Position numbers and translations under genes: made by a program. The notes beneath the pieces were generated by a model. That model was not told where the DNA came from, made no database searches, and saw only the letters and a program-made list of their open reading frames with translations. Shown piece by piece: positions 10,737 through 21,900 of a stretch of DNA of 64,000 nt. This stretch comes from an uncultured Nitrospiraceae bacterium. Lineage in GTDB: Bacteria; Nitrospirota; Nitrospiria; Nitrospirales; Nitrospiraceae. The DNA is taken from positions 512,001 to 576,000 of the forward strand of contig CAVPLT010000004.1 of the NCBI GenBank assembly GCA_963706325.1, read 5' to 3'. How positions within the stretch are numbered: position 1 is the stretch's first letter; every line of letters begins with the position of its first letter.

Positions 10737-10826
10737 CGGCGTCGAAGAGAGATGATGTTCCCTGTTTTGGAGGCGCGGCTGCATGCTATAGTACCGTCTT
10801 TTCGAACGCAACGAGTGAGGACTCTC

Positions 10827-12194
10827 ATGAAGCAGATCATGATGGTGGGGGCGGGGTCGGTCGGAGGATTTTTCGGGGCGCATCTGGCCAAAAACAATCC
10901 CAATGTGTCGTTCCTTCTTCGCCCTAGGACCTTGGAGGCGGTGAAGCGCCATGGCTTGATGATCAAAAGCGCCAAGGGCAATTTCACTGTTCATCCTCCG
11001 GCAGCCTCCGATCCGCGACAACTCGCGGCGCCGGATCTCATTATTCTCGGCGTCAAAGCCTACGACCTCGACGAGGTGATGGCGCAACTCGAGCCGGTCA
11101 TGACTGAGGGCACCGTGATTCTTACCCTTCAGAACGGCATCGATACGGAAGATCGGATCATTGCAAGGGTGCACCGCGATTGTGTGGTCGGCGGCGTGGC
11201 GTTCATCTATTCCAAAATCATTGAACCGGGTATCATCGAGCATTACAAGCGGGGTGGCGTGGCGATCGGCGAACTCATGGGCCACCAGAGCGAGCGTCTG
11301 CTGCAGATCGTTGAGGTGTTCAAGCAGGCCGGTATATCCTGCCAACTCAGCGACGATATCCGCAAAAGCAAATGGGAAAAGATGTGCTGGAATTGTGTCT
11401 TCAACCCCGTCACGGTGTTGATCGACGACAAGGTGGCGAAGGCTCTGGACCATCCGGAGATGGCTGGGGTGATTCGGCAGATAGTGGGCGAGGTCGCTGC
11501 CGTGTCGGCTGCGCTGAAAGTCCCCCTTGCCCCGGACATGGCCGAGAAGGTGGTGAAGTGGACACAGGAGCTCCGCGACATCCATACCTCGATGTACGAT
11601 GACTGGAAAGCCAAACGTCCGACCGAGATCGATTATTTGAACGGCTATATCGTCCGCATGGGACGAGAGTTGGGGATTCCCACGCCGGTGAACGAAGCTC
11701 TGACGGCGATGGTGAAGACAGTCACCGAGCGGGAACCCTCGGGTCCCGGCGTCGTCCGGATCGAGGGCGCCGTCGTACAGCCGGTATCCTTGACCCGTTC
11801 GGCGCTGGCACAGCTTCCGAAGGAACAGCTCGTCGAAGATGTCAGCCGGTTGATGCCGTCGATGCGCGGTCGGGCTATTCGAGTGAACGGCCTCCTGGAC
11901 ATTCCGGCCCTCGCGGTCGATGCCGACCATGTCACGTTCCACTCAGTCGACGGCAAGTATGCGGCTACATTGACGCTCCAACAGGCGCGCGACTATGGGC
12001 TGTTGCTCTTCGAGCTCGACGGTCAGCCGCTGCCGGACGATAAGGGCGGCCCCTATCGCTTAATCACGCCTGGGCTGGGCGACCTCTGCGCGAATGTGAA
12101 GAGCGTGGGGAGGATCGAAGTGCGGGCAGGCTCAGGGAAGGATACGCGGCCGTCCGTTCGGCCGCCGGAATGCACGACCGGGGGACAAAGCTAA
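10827..12194 (+). CDS. panE: 2-dehydropantoate 2-reductase (PanE/ApbA) fused to a C-terminal molybdopterin-oxidoreductase-like domain
   Basis: GAGSVGG, LQNG, WEK..WN, TSMYDD and TEIDYLNG motifs; C-terminal LDGQPL...GGPYRLITPG...NVKSVGRIEV. Confidence 0.85.
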   Translation: MKQIMMVGAGSVGGFFGAHLAKNNPNVSFLLRPRTLEAVKRHGLMIKSAKGNFTVHPPAASDPRQLAAPDLIILGVKAYDLDEVMAQLEPVMTEGTVILTLQNGIDTEDRIIARVHRDCVVGGVAFIYSKIIEPGIIEHYKRGGVAIGELMGHQSERLLQIVEVFKQAGISCQLSDDIRKSKWEKMCWNCVFNPVTVLIDDKVAKALDHPEMAGVIRQIVGEVAAVSAALKVPLAPDMAEKVVKWTQELRDIHTSMYDDWKAKRPTEIDYLNGYIVRMGRELGIPTPVNEALTAMVKTVTEREPSGPGVVRIEGAVVQPVSLTRSALAQLPKEQLVEDVSRLMPSMRGRAIRVNGLLDIPALAVDADHVTFHSVDGKYAATLTLQQARDYGLLLFELDGQPLPDDKGGPYRLITPGLGDLCANVKSVGRIEVRAGSGKDTRPSVRPPECTTGGQS

Positions 12195-12200
12195 ATCCGT

Positions 12201-13538
12201 TCATGTTGCGGAGGATCGGAAGACCTGAATAGTTTTCCATCGCTCGGACCGATAGCGCCATAGCATCAGCCCCATGCGCACTGTCCAGTCTACGATCATT
12301 GCCAGCCAGACATATAAGACACCCATCGTCAGCCAGTACCCGAGGATAAAGGCAATCGGGATACGCACGCCCCACATGCCGATCATCGTAGCGATCATGA
12401 TGAAACGGGTGTCACCTGCGCCTCGGAGTGAACCGGCCAACACCATCGTCAAGGCCAACGGCACTTGCAGCAAGGCCACGATTTTGAGAAACACGGTGCC
12501 CAGCTCGATGACGGCTTCATCGTTGGTGAAGGCGCGGAGCAGGACGTAAGGAAAAAAGAAGAAGACGACACCCATTGCCGACATGATATAGGTGGCCAAC
12601 CGGTTCGCTTCCCAGTTTTCGAGTTTGGCCCGAGTATATTTTCCCGCGCCGATACTTTGACCCACCATGGTGGCTGCTGCGATGGCGAAGCCATAACCGG
12701 GCAGGAACGAGAGCGATTCAATCGATAAGCCGACTTGATGGGCCGCGTAGGATACGGTGCCGTAGACCAGGACGATTTTGGTGTAGAGCAGAATTCCGGC
12801 CTGTTGCACGATTCGCTCCCCTGAGACAGGAGCCCCCACCTTCCAGATGGCGCGAATCAGGTCGAGTCGAATCCGTTTCGAAGGTCGGAGAATCGGCCGG
12901 CAACGAGCAAGCAAAAAGAGCGACCCTGCCGCCTCGGCGACCCCCACAGCCACCGCGGCCCCCTTCACGCCGAATGCCGGCAATCCCCATTGGCCATAAA
13001 TCAGCGGATAGGCGATGGCGATGTGAAGGATATTCACCATAATCATGGCGTACATCGGAGTCTTCGTGTCGCCGGTTCCCTGGAGAATTGAGGAGAGGAC
13101 TGCGAGCAGGACCGTGAAGGGAATGACAAAAAAGATCAGGGTGGAATAGGGCAGCGCGAGCGCAATGACCTCCGGCTGCGCGCCAAGCAACACCATAATC
13201 AGTCTGTTCGCCGAGAGGCCGAGTATGGCCAGCGCGAGGGAGACCAATACGGAGAGCCCCAAAAAGTGCCGAGCAGCCTGGCCTGCCTCCGCGTAACGGC
13301 GAGCACCCCACTGTTGCGCGATGATCACGTTGGTGCCCACCGAGAGCCCAGAGACCAATGTCGTGGCGATGAAGGCGAGTAACTGACCCAATCCGACGGC
13401 GGCAATGGGAATCACGCCCAACCCTCCCACGAGAAAGACTGCGACGATGCCTTCCGTCCGCTGCAGCAAGCTGCTGACGGTGACGGGGAGCGCCAGGGTC
13501 ATGACTGATCGTCTGATTTGTGCGACGCCGTTTGCCAT
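12201..13538 (-). CDS. MATE family efflux transporter
   Basis: About 12 TM segments; LALP, LQGTGDTKTPM and LRGAGDTR repeats. Confidence 0.92.
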   Translation of the reverse strand: MANGVAQIRRSVMTLALPVTVSSLLQRTEGIVAVFLVGGLGVIPIAAVGLGQLLAFIATTLVSGLSVGTNVIIAQQWGARRYAEAGQAARHFLGLSVLVSLALAILGLSANRLIMVLLGAQPEVIALALPYSTLIFFVIPFTVLLAVLSSILQGTGDTKTPMYAMIMVNILHIAIAYPLIYGQWGLPAFGVKGAAVAVGVAEAAGSLFLLARCRPILRPSKRIRLDLIRAIWKVGAPVSGERIVQQAGILLYTKIVLVYGTVSYAAHQVGLSIESLSFLPGYGFAIAAATMVGQSIGAGKYTRAKLENWEANRLATYIMSAMGVVFFFFPYVLLRAFTNDEAVIELGTVFLKIVALLQVPLALTMVLAGSLRGAGDTRFIMIATMIGMWGVRIPIAFILGYWLTMGVLYVWLAMIVDWTVRMGLMLWRYRSERWKTIQVFRSSAT

Positions 13539-13640
13539 GGGGAGCCATCCTACCAGAACTCAGCCGCAGTCGCGGACGTCCTGTTGCGCAGCCGTGGAGC
13601 TGGACAATCGGATCACTCCTTCTGTAGCCTGCAATATCTT

Positions 13641-15146
13641 ATGGAGATATGGCCTGAATCTGACGCTCGTTCCTCCTATCGGCTGTCCAAATCGAAATAC
13701 CTGTCCGGACTGCAGTGCCACAAGCGTCTGTACCTGGAAATCCATGCCCCGGCGTTGGCGACGAAGCCGGATGCCGCCACGCAGGCAATTCTCAACATGG
13801 GTACCGATATCGGTGAATTGGCTCGCGAACGGTTTCCTGGCGGCCGTCTCGTCAAGGCCGGGTACCGTCAGTCTCAAGAGGCGCTGGATCAGACAGCAGA
13901 GCTGCTTCAGGATCCAACCCTGCCGGCCATATTCGAGGGAGCGTTTCAATATAACCAGGTCCTGGTTCGTGTCGATGTGCTGGAACGGGTCGGGGTGAAC
14001 GAATTGGGACAACCGACCTGGCGCTTGGTGGAAGTGAAATCCTCGACCAAGTTGAAGGCCACGCACCTGGATGATCTCACCATTCAAAGTTATGTTCTGG
14101 AAGGGGTCGGCTTGGCGCTCGTGGATATCTGTCTGATGCATGTGAATACGCAGTATGTCTTCGATGGGAAGCAGCTCGATCTCGGGCAGTTATTTAGTCT
14201 CCGCCCATTGAACGAGATGGTGCGTCCACGATTGCCGGAAGTCCCTGCGCGTCTGGCCGCCATGCACACGATGTTGGCGGAGATGTCTGCGCCGGCCCTT
14301 GTTCCGGATGAGCATTGCCAAAGTCCCTACGAATGTCCATTTTGGGCTCATTGCACGCAGGACAAGCCGCCTCGGTGGATCTATTACCTTCCGGGAAGCA
14401 GCAAGACGGTGACCCTTCTCCGCGAGCTTGGCGTCGAGACCATCGATGACATTCCAGACCATGCGACGTTGACGCCGGTGCAGCGCCGGGTGAAGGACAA
14501 TCGAGAATGGATCGGCGAAGGGTTGAGGACTGCGTTAGCGAAAGTCCGATATCCCGTACATCATCTGGATTTTGAGACCTTCATGCCGGCGGTGCCGAAA
14601 TTTAGTGCGACCAGGCCCTATCAGGTGATCCCGACGCAGTGGTCGAATCATATCGAACAGATCGATGGAACCCTGCGCCATGCAGAGTATCTCTGCCTCG
14701 ATGGACGTGATCCACGCGAAGAGCTGACGGTGAGACTGTTGGAGTCCCTGGGGCAGGAGGGGAGTATCTGTGTGTATTCCAGTTACGAGCGCTCGATTCT
14801 AGAACGGCTCGCCGAAGACTTCCCTTCACTCAAGCAGGACATCAAGGCTGTCATCGCAAGACTGTGGGATCTTCACCTGGTCATCAGGGATCACTATTAC
14901 CATCCGGCATTCGACGGCAGCTACTCGATCAAGGCCGTCCTGCCGGCAGTGGTGCCGTCGTTAAGTTATGGGGATCTGGTCATTGGCGACGGCGGCGTGG
15001 CAGCCTGCGAATACGCTCGTATGATTTTCACCGTCAGTGACTGGATCGAAAAGGCAGAGATTGAAGAAGCCTTACTGCGGTATTGCGAGCGGGATACGCT
15101 GGCGATGGTCGAGCTGCGGAGGGAGTTGAAGAAAAGAGCCGGTTAA
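13641..15146 (+). CDS. DUF2779 domain protein (RecB/Cas4-like nuclease plus RNase H-like domain)
   Basis: LSKSKYLSGLQCHKRL, RVDVL..LVEVKSST, CxxPYECPFWAHC, HLDFET and YSIKAVLP motifs. Start approximate. Confidence 0.82.
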   Translation: MEIWPESDARSSYRLSKSKYLSGLQCHKRLYLEIHAPALATKPDAATQAILNMGTDIGELARERFPGGRLVKAGYRQSQEALDQTAELLQDPTLPAIFEGAFQYNQVLVRVDVLERVGVNELGQPTWRLVEVKSSTKLKATHLDDLTIQSYVLEGVGLALVDICLMHVNTQYVFDGKQLDLGQLFSLRPLNEMVRPRLPEVPARLAAMHTMLAEMSAPALVPDEHCQSPYECPFWAHCTQDKPPRWIYYLPGSSKTVTLLRELGVETIDDIPDHATLTPVQRRVKDNREWIGEGLRTALAKVRYPVHHLDFETFMPAVPKFSATRPYQVIPTQWSNHIEQIDGTLRHAEYLCLDGRDPREELTVRLLESLGQEGSICVYSSYERSILERLAEDFPSLKQDIKAVIARLWDLHLVIRDHYYHPAFDGSYSIKAVLPAVVPSLSYGDLVIGDGGVAACEYARMIFTVSDWIEKAEIEEALLRYCERDTLAMVELRRELKKRAG

Positions 15147-15277
15147 CGCCTGCCTCTGGTCCTGATCCACTTCACCATCTGTACACAGGTCGTTTCGATT
15201 TTCTCATCCGCCATGAGCGCGACGCCTCCGAGAGCCAAGAGCGTCATCACCACCGCGAATTCAGTTTGTTCAAACAT
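15143..15277 (-). CDS. Small hypothetical membrane protein (44 aa)
   Basis: Strong AAGGAGG RBS; one hydrophobic helix FAVVMTLLALGGVALMA. Confidence 0.55.
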   Translation of the reverse strand: MFEQTEFAVVMTLLALGGVALMADEKIETTCVQMVKWIRTRGRR

Positions 15278-15458
15278 GCGGTCCTCCTTTGTGGACCAGA
15301 GACTATCCTGGACCGGCGCAAGCGAACAGACCACTAGACGCGGGGGACAGCCCCGCCCCTCGGTAGGTGCTGAGCCAGCAAGTCGCTGGCGCAGAAGGAA
15401 GCAGAAAAGGTGGGGGAGCGTATGGAGAAATTAGGGATAGATATCAGGGCGCTGGGAT

Positions 15459-15522
15459 GGATTGCTGAAAAGTCCCCCCGACGAGCGAGTTGGTATGGCA
15501 ACGGAGGGCTTTTGTGCATCCC
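15459..15522. terminator. Hairpin downstream of tRNA-Ser whose ends resemble the MITE-like TIRs
   Basis: GGATTGCTGAAAAGTCCCCCCG ... CGGAGGGCTTTTGTGCATCC imperfect inverted repeat. Confidence 0.4.
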
Positions 15523-15631
15523 TAGTCAGTCTTTTAGGGGAATATTGCGTATCGTTGCAGGAGAGAGTTGGAAGGTGACTTGCGCGTCACCAAGATCTAC
15601 CAGCACGGCTCCGTGGCGGGCGTGTGTGGGG

Positions 15632-15721
<90 letters not shown>

Positions 15722-15977
15722 GCACTAGGGCCCGGCAAGAGGTGCAGCTTAACGTGGTCGATGGCAGGATTCAAATGAAATCATGTGCTTGGATGGGGGA
15801 TTTCTTCCTCCCTTTCGGGTATCGCGCAAGTGAACAAAAGGTGATTCCGTTTTGTAACATACGCATTCCGCCGTAAACTCACCTCGAGACAGGCCACGGT
15901 CGTTTGTGTGGCCATCACTTAAGTCATCGACACATCGCCTCTGCGTGCCTCTCGGTCCCACTGGGGTTGAGCATTTT

Positions 15978-18900
15978 GTGGTCAGACATCCACCGGTAAC
16001 CGTTCCATCCGGCGACACACTACTCGATGTGCTGAAATGGCGGGCTGAGCATGAGCCCGACCAGACGGCTTACGTCTTCCTGCGGGACGGGGTCACCCCT
16101 GACGCCGTCCTGACTTACAAAGAGCTGGACCTCAAAGCTCGCTCCATAGCCGGGTATCTACAGACCCGATTTGCGCCGGGCACATGCCTGCTCCTGGTTT
16201 ATCCTCCCGGTCTTGATTTCGTGCAAGCGTTCTGGGGCGCGCTGTACGCCGGCATGGTCGCCGTACCGGTGCCACCGCCGGACGCCTTTCGATTAAAGCA
16301 GAGTACCGCGAGGCTGCAGCGCATTACCGAGGATGCGCGTCCAGCCGGGGCGTTAAGTACGAGCCAGATCCGTACCATGCTTCATCAACAGGATTTCCCT
16401 GAGCATTTTATCCAACGAGAACGTTGGATAAGTCTCGATGAGGCCGGTTCAGACCTTTCCGAGCATGGGACATTTACAGCGTCCACTTCCGCGACATTGG
16501 CTTATCTGCAATATACTTCCGGTTCCACATCCGCACCCAAGGGCGTCATGGTCAGCCATGGGAATATGACGGCGCAGAGTCGTTGTATTACTGAGGCCGG
16601 CGGCTACGACGGTCAATCCGTCACTCTATCCTGGATGCCGCATTTTCATGACTACGGATTGGTGAAGGGAATCATTCAGCCCGCCTGGATCGGCCGTCCC
16701 GCTTATCTCATGTCTCCGCTCACGTTTCTAAAACGCCCCTTGCGGTGGCTCGAAGCCATTCATCGCTACCGGGTCACTCACAGCGGCGGTCCCAACTTTG
16801 CGTACCGGCACTGCATCGAAGCCATTCCGGTGGAGGATCGCGCGAAGGTGGATCTATCGGGTTGGGAAGTAGCGAGTTGTGGGGCAGAACCCATTGCTTC
16901 CAATACCATTGACCGATTCGCCGAGGCCTTCGCTCCGGCGGGATTCCGGCGCGAAGCATTTTCTCCCGCCTATGGAATGGCAGAATTTACCTTGCTGATT
17001 TCCCTTAAGCGACAGGGCCTGCTACCGACGGTGCAGGCGCTCGACCCGGCTGCGCTGGAACAGGGCGTGGTCTCTGGTGCTAAGCCGGAGGCCGAGCCGG
17101 TCCGGCAGGTCGTCGGGTGCGGAACTCCCGTCGGAGACACCAAGGTAATCATCGCCCATCCCGAGACCCTGTCTCATTGTGCGGCTCAGCAGATCGGCGA
17201 AATTTGGCTGGCCGGGGCCAGCACGGCGCAAGGATATTGGAACAATCCGGAAGAAACTGCGCGCACGTTTGGCGCCAGGCTTCGCGATACTGGGGAGGGG
17301 CCGTTTCTGAGAACTGGTGACCTTGGGTTCGTGAAGGACGGCGAGGTTTTCGTCACCGGGCGGTTGAAAGACCTCCTCATCGTTCGAGGCCGAAATCACT
17401 ATCCTCACGATATCGAACGGACGGTGGAACAGTGCCACGCGTTATTCCGTGTAAGTGGAGCGGCGGCGTTTTCCGTCCAGGAAGCCGGTGAAGAAGCCGT
17501 CGTCGTCGTCCAAGAGGTGGAACGTCAGTCTGCCGCTCTGGCCATCGACGAACTGGCTGCCGCCATTCGCGCGGCGGTGTCGGAGCACCATGACCTCCAT
17601 GTATTCACCATTGTGTTCATCAAGGCGGGCACGCTTCCAAAGACTTCCAGCGGCAAAGTACAACGGCGGGCCTGTCGAGACCAATTTACCAAGGGCGAGC
17701 TTTCGATCATCGGTCAAAGTCTCCTTCAATCGCCGCAGCATCTCGTTTCCTCAACAATGGTCAAGACAGAATCTCTCCGCCTGCTCTCACCCGATGCACG
17801 ACGGCGGCAGGTTGAGCAGTATCTGTGCGTGATGATCGCCGATCGAGTGGGGTGTCTGCCGGATGCCATACACTGCGGCCGACCGGTACAGCTCCTGGGA
17901 CTGGATTCGCTTATGGCGGCGGAGGTGTTGCATGCGGTGGAGGAAACATTCAGGGTCTCGCTCCCGTTACAGACCCTGTTGGGAGGAGCCAGCGTTGCAG
18001 ATCTCGCCGCGACGATCGAGGACGAGATCCTTCACCCAGTCATTGAGGTGACGACTGACCTGCAGCCGGATTCGACCCAGGAGCATCGTGGCTTGCTCTC
18101 CGAGAACCAAGCAGCCCTATGGTTCCTCAGCCAATTGGCGCCGGACAGCGCCGCTGCGAATGTCTCGGTCTTGCTGCATTTCTCAGAGGACGTCAATGCA
18201 AGCCTGTTGAAACAGGGGCTGGAACAACTCGGCGAACAACACGCCACGCTTCGCACCACCTATGAGACGCAGCAAGGCGTTCCCGTCCAACGAATCCACG
18301 AATGTTTGCCTCTTGGCTGGACGATCATCGATGGCTCCACATGGGACTGGGCGCATCTTCGTCAGATGGCGCTCGAGGCCGCAGCTATCCCATTCGATCT
18401 CCAGCATGGGCCCCTATGGAGAGCATCTCTTTATCAACGCCAGGATGATACCTGGTTGCTACTGGTCGCCCACCATATTGCGGTGGACGGTTGGTCGATG
18501 ATGCAGTTGGTAAAAGATCTCAAGCGGCATTATGAGTCGGTGCAGACGGGATCCACCTCTATGCCCGATGGAAGCGGCACTAGACCGGTTCCGTACAGTG
18601 ACTTCGTCACATGGCATCGCTCGCTCTTGGACAGCGTCGAGGGCCAACGTCTGAGGCGCTACTGGAAAGAAAGGTTGGCCGGCGAATTGCCGACCTACGA
18701 CATATTGTATGACCGGCCGCAGACGACCGTCGAGCCGAGCCGGTATGCCTGGCACCCGTTCCATATCGAGGCGGCTTTGGCGGAACGACTCAAGACCTTC
18801 GCCCAGGCTGAAGGTACGACGCTGTATGCCGTCTGTCTGGCTGCGCTCCAGGTCTTGATGTACCGCTACACGAATCAGGAAGACACGGCCATTGTGACTC

Positions 18901-21900
18901 CCGTGTTCGGTCGCAGCCGATCCCGGTTCGCTGGGGCAGTGGGTGACTTCGTCAATATTCTGGTACTGCGGGAGCGCCTTCAGGCGGAGATGACCGGTCG
19001 CGACCTCCTGGCTCAGACGAAGCACGGCCTCCTGGAGGCGCTCGCCCATCAGGATTATCCCTACTCTCGCCTCCTGTCGGACTTGCGACCGTCGCGCGAC
19101 CGTCAACGCGCGCCGTTGGCACAGGTCCTCTTCGTGCTGCAACCATTCAAATTGTTTGCCGAGCTGGATGCATACATGGGCGCATCGTCCTCGTCCTTTC
19201 CGGGCATTAGCCGGCCCGGATGGGAGCCTTACGTCATACCGCAGCAGAGCGGACAGTTTGATCTCTGTATCGAACTTGCGGAATCGGAGCGAGGATTGAG
19301 CGGCTACTTCGAATACAAGGACCAATTGTTTGATCCGGACAGAGTGGCACAGATGCAGGAGCATTTTGTGCGATTACTGCAGGGCTTTGTGAGTGATCCC
19401 GCGGCGCACATCGGCGAGTTGCCCCTCCTGTCTGAGGCTGAGCGACGGGACAGAGTGCTTGCAGGGGATCACCCTCGCGAGCCCGCGAGCGCCTTGTCCT
19501 GTCTCCATCATCAGATCGAAGCGCAGGCTCAGCGAACACCGGACGCGATTGCGGTGCAGCAAGCAGGGCAGACGCTGACCTATCGTGAACTTGATGAGAG
19601 GGCGAATCGGCTGGCCCATTATCTCCGTCGGCGGGGAGTCACTCCTGGGGTCGTCGTCGGGCTCTGTCTCGAACGGTCGCTCAATTTAATGGTCGGCCTG
19701 CTTGGCATTTTGAAATCGGGCGGAGCCTACCTGCCGTTGGACGCCGACTATCCCACCGACCGTTTGGAATATATGCTGCGGGACAGCCAGGTCCGCGTTC
19801 TGGTCACTCAACAGGATCAACTGGCACGTCTGCCGGCGACCAACCCGCATACCATTTGCCTCGACTCCGAATGGGACCAGATTGCGCGTTGTTCGGACAG
19901 CGTCATCGAGGGCGCAGATGCCTTAGACAATCTGGCCTATGTGATCTATACATCCGGGTCCACCGGGCATCCCAAAGGGGTGATGGTCGAACATCGGTCG
20001 ATTGCCAACTATGTGTGCGCAATCGCCGATCTTGTCGAGTTGAAGGCCGCTGACCGGGTACTGCAATTTGCTTCGTTGAGTTTTGATACGGCCGCGGAAG
20101 AAATCTTTCCTTGCCTGGCGACAGGGGCGACGTTGCTCTTGCGCACGTCCAACATGGTCGACTCTGTCTCTGGATTTCTCGACCGCTGTCGTGAATGGAA
20201 GGTGACTATTTTGGACTTGCCGACGGCTTACTGGCACGAGGTCGTGACTCGAATGGAATTGGAGCAGATCGCGTTTCCGCAATCCATACGGACGGTGATC
20301 ATCGGCGGGGAGCGTGTGCTTCCCCAGATCGTGCAACGCTGGGCCAAGTTAACCGGTCGCGCGGTGCGCTTGTTGAACACCTACGGCCCGACTGAAACGA
20401 CGGTGGCCGCCACCTGGGCAGATCTCACCGGCTTCGGCGTCGACGACGAGCTACAAGCCGACTTGCCGATCGGACGGGTGATACGCGGGGCAAGCGCCTA
20501 TGTGTTGGATCCGCAGCGGCAACTGGTTCCACTCGGTGTGGCAGGGGAACTCTATGTCGGCGGGGTGGGAGTCGCGCGCGGGTATCGAGGGCGTCCAGAG
20601 TTGACCGAGGCCAAGTTTATCCCTGACCCGTTTTCAAGTCTGGAGGGGGCACGTCTGTACCGAACCGGTGATATTGTCCGCTGGCGGCCTGACGGGCAAC
20701 TGGACTACCGAGGGCGTGCGGATCGTCAGGTCAAAATCCGAGGATATCGTATCGAATTGGAGGAAATCGAAGCCGTTCTGAACCGGCACCCGGATCTGGA
20801 ACGCGCCGTGGTCGAAGTGCGCGAGGATCAACCGGGAGATAAACGGATCGTGGCGTTCATCGTGCCACGTCCTCAGAACCGGCTGAGCTTGGCGCAATTG
20901 CGCGAACAACTGCGCAGCCAGCTGCCGGCCCACATGCTTCCCTCATCGTTCATCGAACTCGAAGCTCTGCCACTCACGGCCAATGGCAAGGTAGATCGGC
21001 AGGCGCTCCGTGTGGCCGGAGACAGTCGCGCCAGCAAGGTCGATTTGAGCTCAGAGTTTGTTGCCCCGCGCAATTCCACGGAGCAGATGTTGGCCGATAT
21101 CTGGGGCGAAATCCTGCATCTGAAAGACGTCGGCATACACGATAACTTTTTCGAACTGGGTGGGCATTCTCTGCTCGCCACGCAACTGGTATCGCGAGTC
21201 CAGGCTCTGTTTCAGACCGTGCTGCCTCTACGCCAGGTCTTCGAGAAGCCGACGATTGCCACCTTGGCAGCGGCGATCAAGTGGACGCAAGAAGGTGGTG
21301 ATCAAGCTCAAGGGCACGAGGGCCTGGTTATCACGAAGGCCGGACGAGGGGCGCCCTTGCCTCTGTCGTTTGCCCAGGAGCGGATGTGGTTTCTGTATCG
21401 ATTGTCCCCCGGGGCCGCCGCGTACAACATTCCCGCCAGTGTTCGCTTGCACGGTCCGCTCGATAAGGCGGCGTTGCGTTGGAGCGTCGAGGAACTTGTT
21501 CGCCGCCACGAGGCGCTGCGGACCACCTTCACGCAACGGGATGGCCAGGCGCGTCAGATCATCCACACATCCTTGGAGCCGCAGTGGATTGAAGAAGACG
21601 CGCGAAAATTACCGCTGGAGATACGCGAGCCACGGGCGCTGGAATTGGCTACGGCCGAAGCCCGCCGTCCATTCGATCTCGAACAGGGTCCGTTGCTTCG
21701 GATTTTGCTGATCCAGCTGGGGGAAGAAGACCATGTATTGGTGATGAGCACTCACCACATCATTTCCGATCAATGGTCGTATGGTGTGATCGCGCGTGAG
21801 CTGGTGAAGTGCTACAACGCCTTCTGTGCCGGCAAACCTTTTGCGATCCAGCCAGAGCTCCCGATCCAATATGCCGACTTCGCGCTGTGGCAACGCACTT

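Noticed and set aside
10737..11942. Apparent 400-aa N-terminal extension of the sirtuin
   Set aside because: Antisense to panE; sirtuin homology starts near 10736.
15385..15410. GAAGGAAGCAG resembling the SRP RNA motif
   Set aside because: The rest of the SRP helix 8 context and the long stem are absent.
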